The position numbers and the translations under genes are program-made. The notes under the pieces were generated by a model that was not told the origin of the DNA, did not search any database, and saw nothing but the letters and a program-made list of their open reading frames with translations. Of a stretch of 54,025 nucleotides of DNA, positions 36,808 to 49,092 are shown piece by piece (position 1 is the stretch's first letter; every line of letters starts with the position of its first letter). Source of the DNA: Asterionella formosa (taxonomy: Eukaryota); the NCBI GenBank assembly GCA_002256025.1, contig NKIB01013658.1, positions 1 to 54,025 on the forward strand. Direction: 5' to 3'.

Positions 36808-37501
36808 GATTGGATGGACAGGAATTAGCAACAATGGTAATACCGGTAGCTGTGTCTGTTTGATGATGCTGAACAAAGCAACATCAACGACATCGTATCC
36901 GCCATCACTCTCGATTAGGTAGTAACTTACGAGCGACCGCAGGATGAACTGTTCTGTCCAAGCAGAGTCCTAACGCGCAATGCATACTGGTACATATTCT
37001 AATGGACTGCCATGTACCGCAAACGTATTTGATGCCCTACACGTGTTTGGCTCCCATCATGGACTATAAAAGCTTCAGCTCAAATAGAACTTGACGGGTT
37101 ATTCCAAGGGATATAGTGTCAACAATAAATCATTCCGCGACATCGCCAAGATGGAATTGCCGCGGAATCATCGGGGTTCAAATCATCGGTATTTCTATTA
37201 CAGTTGGTACCTGGTAGTACATGTAGTAGACTTGCACGGTAGAAAGATGCGCAAGCAGTAAGGGTAGAGTGTGTCTGTAAGCGAAAACCAAGCGAGACGC
37301 TCTCTCCTTTTTTGATGGATAGGCACGAACAAAGAACGAAGCATCAGCGAGCGAACAGTGCACATCATCCAAATCCAAAATAACACGATAAAAAATTCCG
37401 TACTTGCTTCTCGAATGAACAAAATAGAAGCAATCAATCAATAGAATCGCATTCTCAGGTGCTTTTGGCCTTCGCTTCCTTCCCACAAACGAACAGAAAA
37501 C

Positions 37502-38243
37502 ATGTCTACCTCATTCCTCTCACAGCCTTCCAAAATGAGCCCGGACTACAGCTCGTACCGCTCCTACATTGAGAATTTTATTGATCCAACCAAAGCGGCG
37601 TCATACGAAGGCAAAATTCAAACTTCCATTGCCCTGTTTCTCATCACGTTGGCTGCAGGCGAAGTTCTCATCTTCGTTCTTTGCAAGGTACTGGCGTGGT
37701 ATGCGCATGTGGCCTTTTATGCGCAGCAAGGCGACATGGATTGGATTCATGAATCTGATTCAAACACACCGGATCAAAGCAATTATGTAGACAACAATCA
37801 CGAGCCATCACTGCAAGACATTCAACGAGCTCTATGTACTCACGAATATAGTCCTGATGATGCCAATTCGAGAATATCTCTCGACAACGAGGTTTGTCCC
37901 ATTTGTTTGGGAGATTTCGGTGAGTAAGGAATATACCCTATCCATTTTTTCGTTCGTCCCTGTATGCTCATCCAAGGAACATTGTTGTATAGAACACGGT
38001 GAGGTCATTTCCAGCGGCAAGACATGCCATCATCAATTTCACAATTCATGCATCACGGAGTGGCTGTCGAAGCGAACGTCGTGCCCTTGCTGTCGACAAG
38101 GCATCATGGATGTTGTGATATCATCCAAACGTGCCGTTCCAGAAGTGCCATCGGAGATTCCAGAACCGGCATATTCCCTTTCGTGGATATTCAGATATCG
38201 AGACCCGACATTAGATCCTGCATTTTGTTTATTCATATTTTGA
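37502..38243 (+). CDS. Membrane-anchored RING-H2 E3 ubiquitin ligase (ATL-like). Exons 37502-37919 and 37993-38243
   Basis: Intron 37920-37992 (GTGAGT...TAG) restores CPICLGDFEHG..CHHQFHNSCITEWL..SCPCCR. One N-terminal hydrophobic segment. Confidence 0.88.
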
Positions 38244-38347
38244 AGATAGTAACCAGAAGGTACTGCAAGTGCAACACTTTGCACGACGCAAAATAATTTG
38301 TTCATCATTTTATATTTTTAATGTACAACATCATTTCAGACATTGGA

Positions 38348-39283
38348 TTACCAATCATGACCTTGATAACGCCTAGTCAAGTCCATCTTTTGTGCAACTC
38401 GTTGCAATACCGTCTCGCCCATGTTAGGATCCATCCCTAGTGCCACAAGTGCTCCCACGACCGCTTCCGCAGTACAAGCATTCTCTGGACTTGCGAAATT
38501 ACCCTGTGAACGAAGACTGCCATCCGATGGTTGTCGACGCCAGCCAAACATCTGTTCTTGGGTGAGTCCCACCAAACCAACACTATTTAACTTGGATACC
38601 ATGCGTCGAGCATTTCTCCATGTTCCTTCTATGGCAATCAAGACTATCGTCTTTCTTTGATGGCGAAGTAACAAGTCTTCTATGGAATAATAGGATTTCT
38701 GTCCGTGGCAATATTGGTGATGATCTGGCCATAGGACAATAGGAAGTATGGTTGGATCGTGCAGTATCTCGTCAAACCATGCATCATGTTCGGGTAGACC
38801 CTTGAGTTTTAACGAAACGTCCTTGAGTACTAGTGGTAACACAGAACCCGTGTTGGCGACACTACCCCATTCATCATGATGCGTCCATAGTATAACTTGT
38901 TGCACAGGAATATCGTAGCGCACTTTATGAGTGCAGACACAAATTGGTAAATAGGTCCAACATGTTGGACAAACAAAGGGATGTTGACCATGAGCCATAA
39001 CATGCTGACATTGGATAGCATGCTTTTGGGGTCCATTCAAATCCTTTGATTGTAATGCGTCATGTAAGGCTTGAGACTTGGCGATTCGATCTGCCTTGGC
39101 AATCTTCATTTCTTCGATACTTAGGCCCAGGGAGGCTGCATATCGCTCAGGCGACGAGGTCAGGTGCGACAATGATGCTTCGAGCGTAGCTGAAGGGCGC
39201 CGAAAGGATGTGGATGGAAGCAAGAAGGAAATGCTTGAATGGAGAAGCAGCGCTAATAACCCTGCTTGAAGTTCCAGGAACAT
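38348..39283 (-). CDS. DTW-domain protein (tRNA-uridine aminocarboxypropyltransferase, TapT/DTWD2-like), putatively plastid-targeted
   Basis: 'CPTCW...ICVC', 'HHDEW..VANTG', 'VLWP', 'IEGTWRNARRM', 'CTAEAV'. ATG at 39283 gives a signal peptide ending SIS|F. Confidence 0.82.
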   Translation of the reverse strand: MFLELQAGLLALLLHSSISFLLPSTSFRRPSATLEASLSHLTSSPERYAASLGLSIEEMKIAKADRIAKSQALHDALQSKDLNGPQKHAIQCQHVMAHGQHPFVCPTCWTYLPICVCTHKVRYDIPVQQVILWTHHDEWGSVANTGSVLPLVLKDVSLKLKGLPEHDAWFDEILHDPTILPIVLWPDHHQYCHGQKSYYSIEDLLLRHQRKTIVLIAIEGTWRNARRMVSKLNSVGLVGLTQEQMFGWRRQPSDGSLRSQGNFASPENACTAEAVVGALVALGMDPNMGETVLQRVAQKMDLTRRYQGHDW

Positions 39284-40624
39284 CGTTACTCCCTTTTGTT
39301 GCTGCCCCTTTACAATCACGAGGAGTGTGGGCAAGAATGGAAGCTGGCGAAGTAACTTCAAGGATTCATCTCCATGTGCATATGCTGCTACAGTGTGATC
39401 TATGACTCGATTGGACTCTGCTGCTGAATGCTATAGTCTCTGCTCGAAGTCAGACAAAACGACGCGGAGCGATCGCCTCGAGACACAGCAAGCATGTCAA
39501 ACAATGTTCGTAATAATGGTGCAAGGTACGCGCGTTAAAACGCTTCGTGCTCCTTCCCGCCGGTGAGTCGCATTCTTTACGTAGAGTCTCACATACTACA
39601 TAGCACCTGGTAGTACCCCTGCCAGCCTGCTTGCAAGCTGGTATTATTACCGGTACTCCCTCTGTCCAATAATACCGGTAGTTGCATTGATATTTCAAAT
39701 TTATCAGGGGCCATTTTGACTCCTATGATTTTCTCTAGCTCAATTGCCCTATTGAGTGGCTTGCTATGAACTACAAATCAATGTATATAAAAATTATTTT
39801 GCATGGTAGATTGTGCAAGAACGAGCATCAACACAAAAGATAATGATTGTCACAAACCACATGAATAAAAATTGAACATGATTTGTTATGCAATGTGAAA
39901 GTAGTGTCAGTTGAGAAATAAATAACATTGTTATGGGTAAGAAATGAAGTAAAGTATCAGTTTCCATAGAGAGGATGCATGCATTTTGCACTCACACACC
40001 CCCAGGCAGGATTTATTTTCCATCACACAATCAAAGGGCAAAATAAACACAGAAAAGAAATAGAAACCATGAAGCCAATTGAGATCTGTATCATACTACT
40101 GTAGAGTAGATCATTTGTTTGTTGGAACCATTCACATTGCTGTATAGTATAATCCAACAAGTAGAAGATGCCCTTCTGCTGATACAACCAAACAATCATG
40201 ATCACATGGTTCTACTGTGCTTGATAGCCAGGCCACTCCTCATACACAAGAATACTCGCAGGCAGTCTCCACCCTCGGTCATGTCTTACCTTCAGTAGTT
40301 TGAACCAGAACATGTTGCATGTGTTCTCAATTTTTCCACATTGCTTTCCATGATTGTACTTTCAGCAAATGGAACCCTGAAGAACTCACGTAGCGGTACA
40401 CGGTCAGTGTAGCAAGAATGCTGACGCTGACGCAGACGCAGGAAGGTTATGCAAGATCTGCATAGTATTACTGTACGCATTCATTCTGTGCATTGTCCTT
40501 TCTTCTACAAACCAAATACTGTATGTATATACCCAACATAAATGCATTTGCCGAATTGGTGCATCGATCATAGACGGGAAACATTTCTCGGATGACTCAG
40601 CACGAACCTACATAGATTCATAAC

Positions 40625-40687
40625 AGGCAGGCATAGGCATAGGCATAGCAAAAGGCACAGGCACAGGCAAAGGCACAACCAGGCACA
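40625..40687. repeat. Degenerate AGGCAY hexamer microsatellite
   Basis: aggc-aggcat-aggcat-aggcat-agcaaa-aggcac-aggcac-aggcaa-aggcac...aggcac. Confidence 0.75.
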
Positions 40688-40967
40688 ATTATACAATTAC
40701 TGGTATATACCGGAATATACCGTAGTATTCTACCGGCACATCCCGTAATGGATCCAAAACAAGCAGATAAAAATGATCATTCAATGTGACATCTCTATCG
40801 ATATAAATGCTTTTATGACGGATAAACAAAAAAACAAAAGATTGTCATCAGCCTTGACTTGTGTCATAAATTGGCTTTTTATGACATACATACCGGTACA
40901 GTACTTCCTGCCAAACTTTCTATCAACAACATCACTGTTACCTAATAATCGTTGCAAACCCCACAAA

Positions 40968-42759
40968 ATGATGAATTTTGCATATTTCCTTGCCGCAGTG
41001 AGCTTTCTATTTCTAAACTCAGTGGCTACTGCTCAGGGACCGACGACTGTCAATGTCTTGGCAATGAACTACAGTGATCTCACAAGCCCCGGGCTTATTG
41101 ACCTTCAAGGATTCATATCCCTTCCAAAAATCGTTCCCGCACCCGCCGTTGTCATCATCCCAGATTGGGACGGAGTCAATTTCTACGAGCAACAACGTGC
41201 TACCATGATCGCCAAGGATCTCGGATACGTTGCTTTTGCAGCTGATATCTACGGCGCTGAGAAACACAATGTTGACAATATCACAGAACGTGTCGAGCTG
41301 GCCGGATACTACCGTGGGAACAGCACACTGTTTTCCCAGAGAATCAAGGCAGCAGTTGACTTTGTCAAGAGTCAACCCGAAGTCGACGCTAACAATGTCG
41401 CATTGATCGGTTATTGCTTCGGTGGAACAGGAGTTCTACAATACGGGCTACTTGGTGGGGTGGGAGTTGTTGCGATTGCCTCTTTCCATGGCGGTCTTGT
41501 AAATTTCACAGAGTCTAGTTCTGGGTTCCAGCCAAAACTTCTCGTGCTATCCGGTGGAGATGATGATACGTCCACAAGTATCATGGACCTGGAGAATACG
41601 TAAGTACCAGAATTGTATGCTAGTGGATTGCTTTATTTGGTCTCGAACGAAAACATTGTTGATCTGAATTTATTGCAATCAACGCAGCTTGAATGCCAAC
41701 AATGCTTCATGGGAAATCACTCGATACTCCGGAGTTCAGCATGCGTTCACAGTTTTTTCCGACGTACGCTACAATGAAATGGTCGACAAAAGGTCTTGGT
41801 ATTCCATGACGGGTTTCTTGGCAGAAGCGTTTGGTGATGTAGAGTACATGGACTCGAAACCCAAAGCCTACAATGTCCAGACAATCAACTACAACGATAC
41901 TGGTAACGCAATGCTCCGCGGATACTTGGCTACTCCTAATATGGAAATTTTTGCAGGTCCTCATCCAGCAGTTATCATCCTCCCTGATTGGGATGGAGTC
42001 AACACATATGAAAAGGAGAGGGCCACTCTCCTTTCTGAGCTCGGCTACATGGCTTTTGCTGCAGACATATATGGAAAGGACTTGCAAGAAGGTCTCGATA
42101 TGGCTACCAAGATAGAGCTGTCGACACTTTACCGCAATGATACTGAGCTTTACATTCAGCGCATTTCCGCTGCTGTTCTCCTCATTCAAGCTGATCCAAT
42201 GGTCGATACCAATAGCATTGGAATCATTGGATACTGCTTCGGGGGAACTGGGATTATCGACTATGCCTTCTCGGGAATGGGAGTCAAGGCCGCAGTTTCG
42301 TTTCATGGTGGACTCACCGACTTAGATATTCCTCAACCAGGTATCACCATCCAACCATATGTCCTTGTACTCTCAGGAGGTATTGATGACGCCCAGGGCA
42401 ACCAGACGGAGCTGGAGGAGAAATTGAATGAAGCCAACGCCACTTGGGAAATTACCCGATATGCTGGTGTCGATCATGCATTTACTGTCTGGAATGGGTC
42501 GCTGTACAACTTGATGGCCGATGCTAGATCTTTCGATTCCATGATCTCGCTTTTTGCAAAAGTAATGCCCCCACAACGTGTTTCTGCCACCATTGCTCCC
42601 ATTAGCCCTTCAGTCACTTATGCTCCATCAGACATCATGCCATCAGGAATGAACACACCGGTCACTGCTTCTCCTGTCAAGACTTCCTCGGCAAGCATGC
42701 AATATCTGACATATTCTGCTGTCTTTGCGACTGCCATGATGACTCTACTCATGCTGTAG
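40968..42759 (+). CDS. Secreted tandem dienelactone-hydrolase-family protein with putative GPI or C-terminal anchor. Exons 40968-41599 and 41688-42759
   Basis: Two copies of 'PDWDGVN', 'AFAADIYG', nucleophile elbow 'GYCFGG', 'SFHGGL', 'HAFT'. Intron 41600-41687 (GTAAGT...CAG). Signal peptide, S/T/P-rich stalk and hydrophobic tail. Confidence 0.9.
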
Positions 42760-42932
42760 CGTTTTGAAGGAAACATGCTTTGTTCGTTTTATAGAATTTT
42801 CTTATCATAGACATTAACCTGAGCAAGCTCATTCTATCATTCGCAAACTTTGCTACTGTAAAAATCTTAAGTGACGCGGCCCTCTGTCCGTTTAGTAAAT
42901 GGTGTTAAAAAATAATTTCAGTACTTTTGTGT

Positions 42933-44431
42933 TTAAATAGATCGAAGTTCAGGGTAGTCAGAAATCACATCTCTTGGACTAAGAGTTTCGTAGCGCTCTT
43001 CTGGAGTCCACAAAATTTCAGCACTCTGGAGACAATCCTCGACTTTAGAGTCACTAGCAATCTTGCGAAGTGCCGTTTCCACATCAGCAATGGAATTAAT
43101 CTGGGGAATTTTTGTGCTATCTCCGTCAATAGAGAGTAGCAATGTCACAACTGCCATTGTAGCCTGCGAGTCTCCTTTAGACGATCCTGGTCCTCTTCCG
43201 CTGTAGTCTACACCACCATAATTGCTCACAGTCTCGCTCTCGAACTTGCCACGTTCCTGGATGGAACGATTGTTGTATTCCCGAAGGGCCTTTGTGCGGT
43301 CCGAAAAGTGTTTGTAATTGGAGGATGCAGACACAATACTGGACTTTCTTCGAAGTAACTCAAGAGCGACTGTAATTAAAATGAGATAGGTTCAGTAAAC
43401 GATGCTAATGACAAGGACTTTCGAGACTGTTAAAGTGTACCGAAAGTGGGTCAAGGATTAGGATCAATTAACTTACCTTGACTGGTGAGATTTTGAATTC
43501 CCACTCTGCTATCAGTTTTGGCAGTAAACGCCAAACGATTCAATATGCTGAGGATGGAGTTTCTGTCATCCCGATTGGAAACCTCAAGTGCGATTGTCAG
43601 TTGAACAACACTTGTGCCAGAGCCAAGCGCGGAAGTCTGATCAAGCAACGAACCCCCGAAACCCACTGACCCCTCGCTGATCGAGGTTGCAGAATTGATA
43701 GCCAAGGCCACCCCGGCAAACAAGATCAAAGGGAGGACTGGGAACGGATTGTAGGATATCGCTCCATATCCACCATAGTAAGGCCGGGGGAACACGGAGA
43801 ACGGAGAGTAAAACGGAGAGATAAAGCTGGGTTGTGAAAACGCACCAGCTCCATACCCTGCAGCAAATCCAGTTCCCAGACCACGGCCATATCCTCCGGA
43901 ACTACTACGAGTAGGACCCATTCTGGAGTAGCCAGAACTTCTCGAAGGGGAGGAGTATGATCCTCCCATTCTCCCTCCACTGGAGGCGGCCTCAGATGGG
44001 AGAGGTGTCATGGCCAGGACAACAGCCAACGCTGACATAGCAACAATAGCAGCATGAGTCTCCTTAACATTTTTCAATTGAGCAACCATATTCCGTGCCG
44101 CAAGGACCAAGGAGGGGGTTGGTTGAGTGGATTTCTTCGCTGATCCAGCACCACCACTGACGACTTCGGCTTCCGCAATCTCGCTTTGTGTGTTTGATCT
44201 GGGCAACTTTGAATCTTCAACAAAGGAAGCTTCCACTCCGCTTGAATTTTCCCACAAACATGGACGTAGTTTGTTAGATAATGGACGATCATTGACTGCC
44301 GGTGCTACCCTCGTCATCACGCTTCCATGACGTACTGGGGCAAAGGCGTGAGCGCTATCTATAATATGAGCAGATACTAGGAAGAGAACGACCGCAGCCG
44401 CTCTCTTGTGCTGTTGCAGCTTGCAATACAT
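42933..44431 (-). CDS. FLAP1: DUF1517 / FLAP1 (fluctuating-light acclimation protein 1)-like, plastid-targeted. Exons 44431-43477 and 43369-42933
   Basis: 'SGGRMGG' Gly/Ser-rich region, TM segment, 'ALELLRR', 'SIQERGKFESET', 'EILWTPEE..ETLS..DYPEL'. AHA|FAP presequence. Intron 43476-43370 (GTAAGT...CAG). Confidence 0.88.
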
Positions 44432-45220
44432 AATGGAGATGTTTGTATGTCTTTCGGTTGATAAAGTCAAATGCCTTGATGTTGCTTTGTTTTGTGTTTG
44501 ATCCCCACAAAGAGATGAGCGAGATTTTGTTTGTGGGATCCTTATTCTCGGCCGATGATGGCCGAAACATGTGTTCGATTGATTTTTGATTTCTTGATGA
44601 CGGGTTCGCAAGGAAAGAAAGTTCGAGCAATACGACACCACAGCATACAATTCCTCAGAGTAAATTGAATCCGAGTCAGTCGTGAGTATAAATACCGTAC
44701 CACTTCGATGCTATTCCAAAAAGTTGACAACCTTCCCACCAAAACGCCACGCGGCATAGCAATACACGTAAGGAATAAAAAATTATTTTCAATATTGATA
44801 GAACCATGCTCGCATGTTGTGCCAACGGAGAGCAATAAAAGGGAAAGGTATAGAATAAACTTATAATAATATGGTGCCATCAAATAGATGACCTGGCCTA
44901 TAATTGTTAAGACCTAACAAACCAACGTCATGTATGGGGACAAAGGACAACTGTTTTGGTTTTTCCACCTACATTTGAATAGCATAAATATCACAATCAG
45001 CTTGTGAAAAAGGCCAAGTCGATTACGTATATTGCGATAAATCACAAAGTGCAAATCGAGAAAAAGTGCACTATCTAGCTTCCTGCTCTTCAACATGCCG
45101 GGTAAAACCATAGCAAATATGTTCAAAAACAATCAACAGAACTGGTTGTGGAAGATGGGCTAGTTGTTTTCTATTCAGTTCTGTCCCCTTCGTCAGCTCC
45201 CCCCCAAAAAGAACACAAGA

Positions 45221-46114
45221 CTAATCCCGATGAATGCTTGTTCGTTGTTGACTCGCTGGAAGATAAATGGCCGCGGCTCCGGCCCAAAACACAATTCCAG
45301 TGACTAGAGTTACAATGCCAAGGACTGGAATAGAAATTCTGCACCCATTGTTGCCACTATTGAATACAGTCGCCACACTGGCGCAAAAATGACTCACAAA
45401 CACTGCCAATAGAGCCAAGTTACCTCCTTTTTTCTCGTTCCCAAACAAGGCACCTAGTCCACCTGTCAAGGTTGTCGAGGCTTCTTCCCTTCTGCGCCGT
45501 CGCATTCCAAAAAAGGTTAGGAGCATCCAAAGCACATCCAAAATAGTAAACATAAATGTATTCAATGCACTGATTACCAATGCTGGAATGCCAATACAAG
45601 AACTCTGGTATAAGGTCCCTAGATTGTCTGACTCGCTGGCCAGCAAGGTCCCGTAGAGCAAAATAGCGTGCATCCCGCCAAAGCCAGTCCCAGCGGCAAG
45701 ACCGCATGCCCAGTCATTGAGCTCCAGGCGTAGTCGTGCAGATTCTGATAGAGCAGGATCGGCGGCTGTGGCGGACTGCGTTCCTGTGCGTTGGTTTTCG
45801 TGTTCCTCGTGGTTTCGAATGCTGATTTGAATGACATTCTCGACTCTGTGATAGAGGGCAACAAAGCCGCAGCGGAAAAGGAACTGAAAGATAACTCCAG
45901 GGAGCAATATGAACACAGCGTAGTTGCCGATCCCGATCATATCGAATATCCACCACACGAAGGAAGCAGCCAATGCGGCAAGCAAGAACGCAAAGGCCGC
46001 CGTTGTCACCACGATGATCAATTGAGCCTTCTGATAAGCGAGGAGAAAGAGCAATGACATAGCTGGACCGAACGCCAAAAAGGCAGAGCCCCATGTTAAA
46101 CTCGCTGTTGTCAT
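45221..46114 (-). CDS. APH1: Gamma-secretase subunit APH-1-like multi-pass membrane protein
   Basis: 'GSAFLAFGPA' N-terminus, about 7 hydrophobic segments, 'GLAAGTGFGGMH', 'GTLYQSSC', conserved His in 'SHFCAS'. Confidence 0.85.
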   Translation of the reverse strand: MTTASLTWGSAFLAFGPAMSLLFLLAYQKAQLIIVVTTAAFAFLLAALAASFVWWIFDMIGIGNYAVFILLPGVIFQFLFRCGFVALYHRVENVIQISIRNHEEHENQRTGTQSATAADPALSESARLRLELNDWACGLAAGTGFGGMHAILLYGTLLASESDNLGTLYQSSCIGIPALVISALNTFMFTILDVLWMLLTFFGMRRRRREEASTTLTGGLGALFGNEKKGGNLALLAVFVSHFCASVATVFNSGNNGCRISIPVLGIVTLVTGIVFWAGAAAIYLPASQQRTSIHRD

Positions 46115-47204
46115 GTCCAAGAAATGATGGACTTAAGGAAGCACAGCTAGCGGATGATGAAGACCGGCACCGGTACGGTAATCTATTAGTAGAACGGTAG
46201 TAGATACGATTGTTCTTCTGGCTTGGTTGCTGTGTTGCTTAGTATCGTCTTTGGTGTATTTTTGGCCTATTATTTTTTTGTCGGTTGTGTTGAGATGTCG
46301 TTACGATATATCTAGTGCCGATGTGACTGGTTACTACGTACCGGCACCAGGTACCAGGGTACCCGTACCTGGAACTGCTGCCTCGTAGTACCTGGTAGAG
46401 TACCTGGTACCCGGTTTACACACATACCGGTATGTTACTCCTTTGTTTTCATTAATATAATTGTTTTTTTATGAACATACCGGTATGCAGGTTCGTGTAC
46501 ATTTTTTTAGATTGGCTGTGCTGTCGTATGTGGTGCTCTACCGCGAGATTTTGAATTTGAACTGTTGTTTCCGTACATACGTAACAGGTACCAGTAATAA
46601 ATAGTTGAACTGTACCATTGAAGTGGAACAGCGGCTGTTGATAGATAGACACACACGGTCAAGTACCGTAGGTACCTGAATGCAAACCTGCATATTGTCA
46701 TTGCACACTATATGAAAACTAAGAGAACCAGTACTCTCCTATTTTCCTATTTACTTTGCACATATAGCTGACGGAATCGTTATAACGGATACATAAACCG
46801 TACTGTAGGCACCATCAAGAATACTGTATGGAAATAAAGACAATTAACAAATGTTGCTTTCTATACCAGGTAGTATACTAACTAAATATAGCTGCGTAAT
46901 TCCATAAATACCGTCAAACCGTATGTCCTGTTCGCACGTGAAACTGATACACCCGTTGTCGTATACCCCTTTCTACATCATCTGGCGAAGCAACGACACT
47001 CTCTGTATCTTTATAATAAATATAATGCTGAAAAAATAGCCTTCATGATATCATACTTTCCAGCATTCCAAATGATTTTATGTGGTGCGCCCATCCCAAG
47101 TCAATTGAATCTCGTATTGTATATCCTGCAAGAGCTATTGAGGAAATATTCCCATAGACTGCAGCCCTCTACATTTGAACATCCAAACATATTCTATATC
47201 CAGA

Positions 47205-49092
47205 ATGGAGACACAAGCACCCGATGCTGCTTCACGATTAATACTTGGAACAATTCCAGACACTACCTCGTCGGAATTCAGAATTTGCAACAATGATCCT
47301 ATACATCTGACACAATGTTTCATAGAAGAGCATGACTCCAACACTAGCAGTAGTGCCCCAAACGAGAAAGCGACATTGGCGGCTTTGGAATCTCAGGATC
47401 AAGTCAAGGCTCTTGTGGAAGCCCTGCGATTGGCAGCAAATCTTGCGAATATGAATACATCCACCTATGCTTCTACCCTGGCCTCGCTGCCGAACAAGGA
47501 AGCCTTGTCAACCGACTGCGACGACGACAGTAACGCTGCTGTCATCCAGAAACGTCTAGATTCTCTGCAACGAGAATGGAAACTGGAAGAAACTGCTCTG
47601 CCACGGCTAGTGCGATGCATTCATGGATTTCAATCGAGAGTTATCCAGGTCGATTCAGAATTGGACCGCCAGATACATCAAGAACACTCCCTTCGTACGC
47701 AACTAGCATGTACTGAACAAAGAGTTCATCAACTAGAAGCTGCCGTTAGAAAATTACACAAGAAGAATCAAGCATTAGTCGGCAAACTTGATGAGAAAAA
47801 GACTGAACGGAAGTCTCTTCTAAGAAACGTCAAGGATTACATACGTCAGACTAACAAAAAAGATGAAGTGGAAGAACAAAGAGTCGCCGCACAGCTACGG
47901 GCACATGAACGCCTGATGAAACTAGATGCCATTTTGCGAAGAGATGCTGCTGATACGCCGAGGGTTCGCGTGTCCTCGAAAGATAGTTTGGACAATGATG
48001 AAGTGGCTGCCCTTTACGCTATGGAGGAGGACGACCAGTCCGTATTTTCTTCGACCTCTTCCATCTTGTCGTTTCAATCATACGTCACGGATGATGGTGT
48101 GGCATCCCTGAGGCTTTCTCCAGGGATAGATCAGCAGACAGGTGAGGGCAACAAAGCAAAAGTCTTGACATTTCCTCAAGGCAGCAAGGTAGGCTTACAA
48201 TTTTGTACGGTTCCAAATCAAAACAAGAGTCGAAGTAGAGGGAAAATTGACGAATCTCTGGAAGACACGGAAAGGAAGGATCCGTCCTTTAAAATGCCTA
48301 CATTTGGCAATCCATTCCAAAAGAAGGACAGAGCCGAACATGCGTTTTTGGTTTGTGGCCGTCATGGTTTTGATTCCAGCATTGGAGTGCCTCCTGCAAT
48401 TGGTGTTCGGTTGGTCGCCGTCAATGGTGAGACTGTCGAACACGGGAGCTGGTCACTTAATAAGATTCGCGACATTGTATCCTTGGATCAAGACTTCACA
48501 TTGACTTTTCGAGTAGACCCTGCAGCGAAACACCAAAAGGAACGATTGGACGAAGCCACTAAACTATGTGAGCTTAAGCACTACTCAGCAGGAGATGAGA
48601 TGCCATTGGAATCTTCAGAAATATTGGAGGAAATCGAACTCGAGGATGACAAACACAACAGAGCGCGGATGCCGTCGTGGATGGGAGGTGACAAGAAGGA
48701 AAAGTTGCGACTTGACTCGGATGGGTCAGTTGAGGACGGGTCCCACTCCAATCGACCGAGATTACCTTCATGGATGAAAGTAGAGAAAGATCCAGGTACT
48801 CCTTCGGTGACAGTTCAGACACCTGGAAGTACTAGATCTAGCACTTCGCTCACTTCATCTGGGGCACCGTCAATGAAAATGACAATGCTGCCAGCATGGA
48901 TGATAGGCGAAACGACTCCTGCAGTTCCATCTACCACCAAGAAGGCTCCTAGTGGCAATACTAAAGTGGTAATTGATACGCCAACTGAGGAAAGCCCAAC
49001 TGGCGACCAATGTAAACAAGTAGACAACGCGTCGTCAGCGACCTCAGAACACGACGCCAACGCTTTCAAAAAGTCTATGTCAAGTTTTGGGC
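47205..49092 (+). CDS. Coiled-coil protein with a PDZ-like domain; 3' end lost in the gap
   Basis: Heptad-rich region 'EQRVHQLEAAVRKLHKKNQALVGKL'. 'LTFPQGSKVGLQF...GVRLVAVNGETV...FTLTFR' resembles a PDZ domain with an insertion. Confidence 0.7.

Noticed and set aside
35594..36922. Long antisense ORFs over leuB (also over the hydrolase and the giant ORF)
   Set aside because: Shadow frames caused by codon bias of the sense gene.
39700..40300. AT-rich segment, possibly another TE fragment
   Set aside because: No termini or protein motif that I could support.
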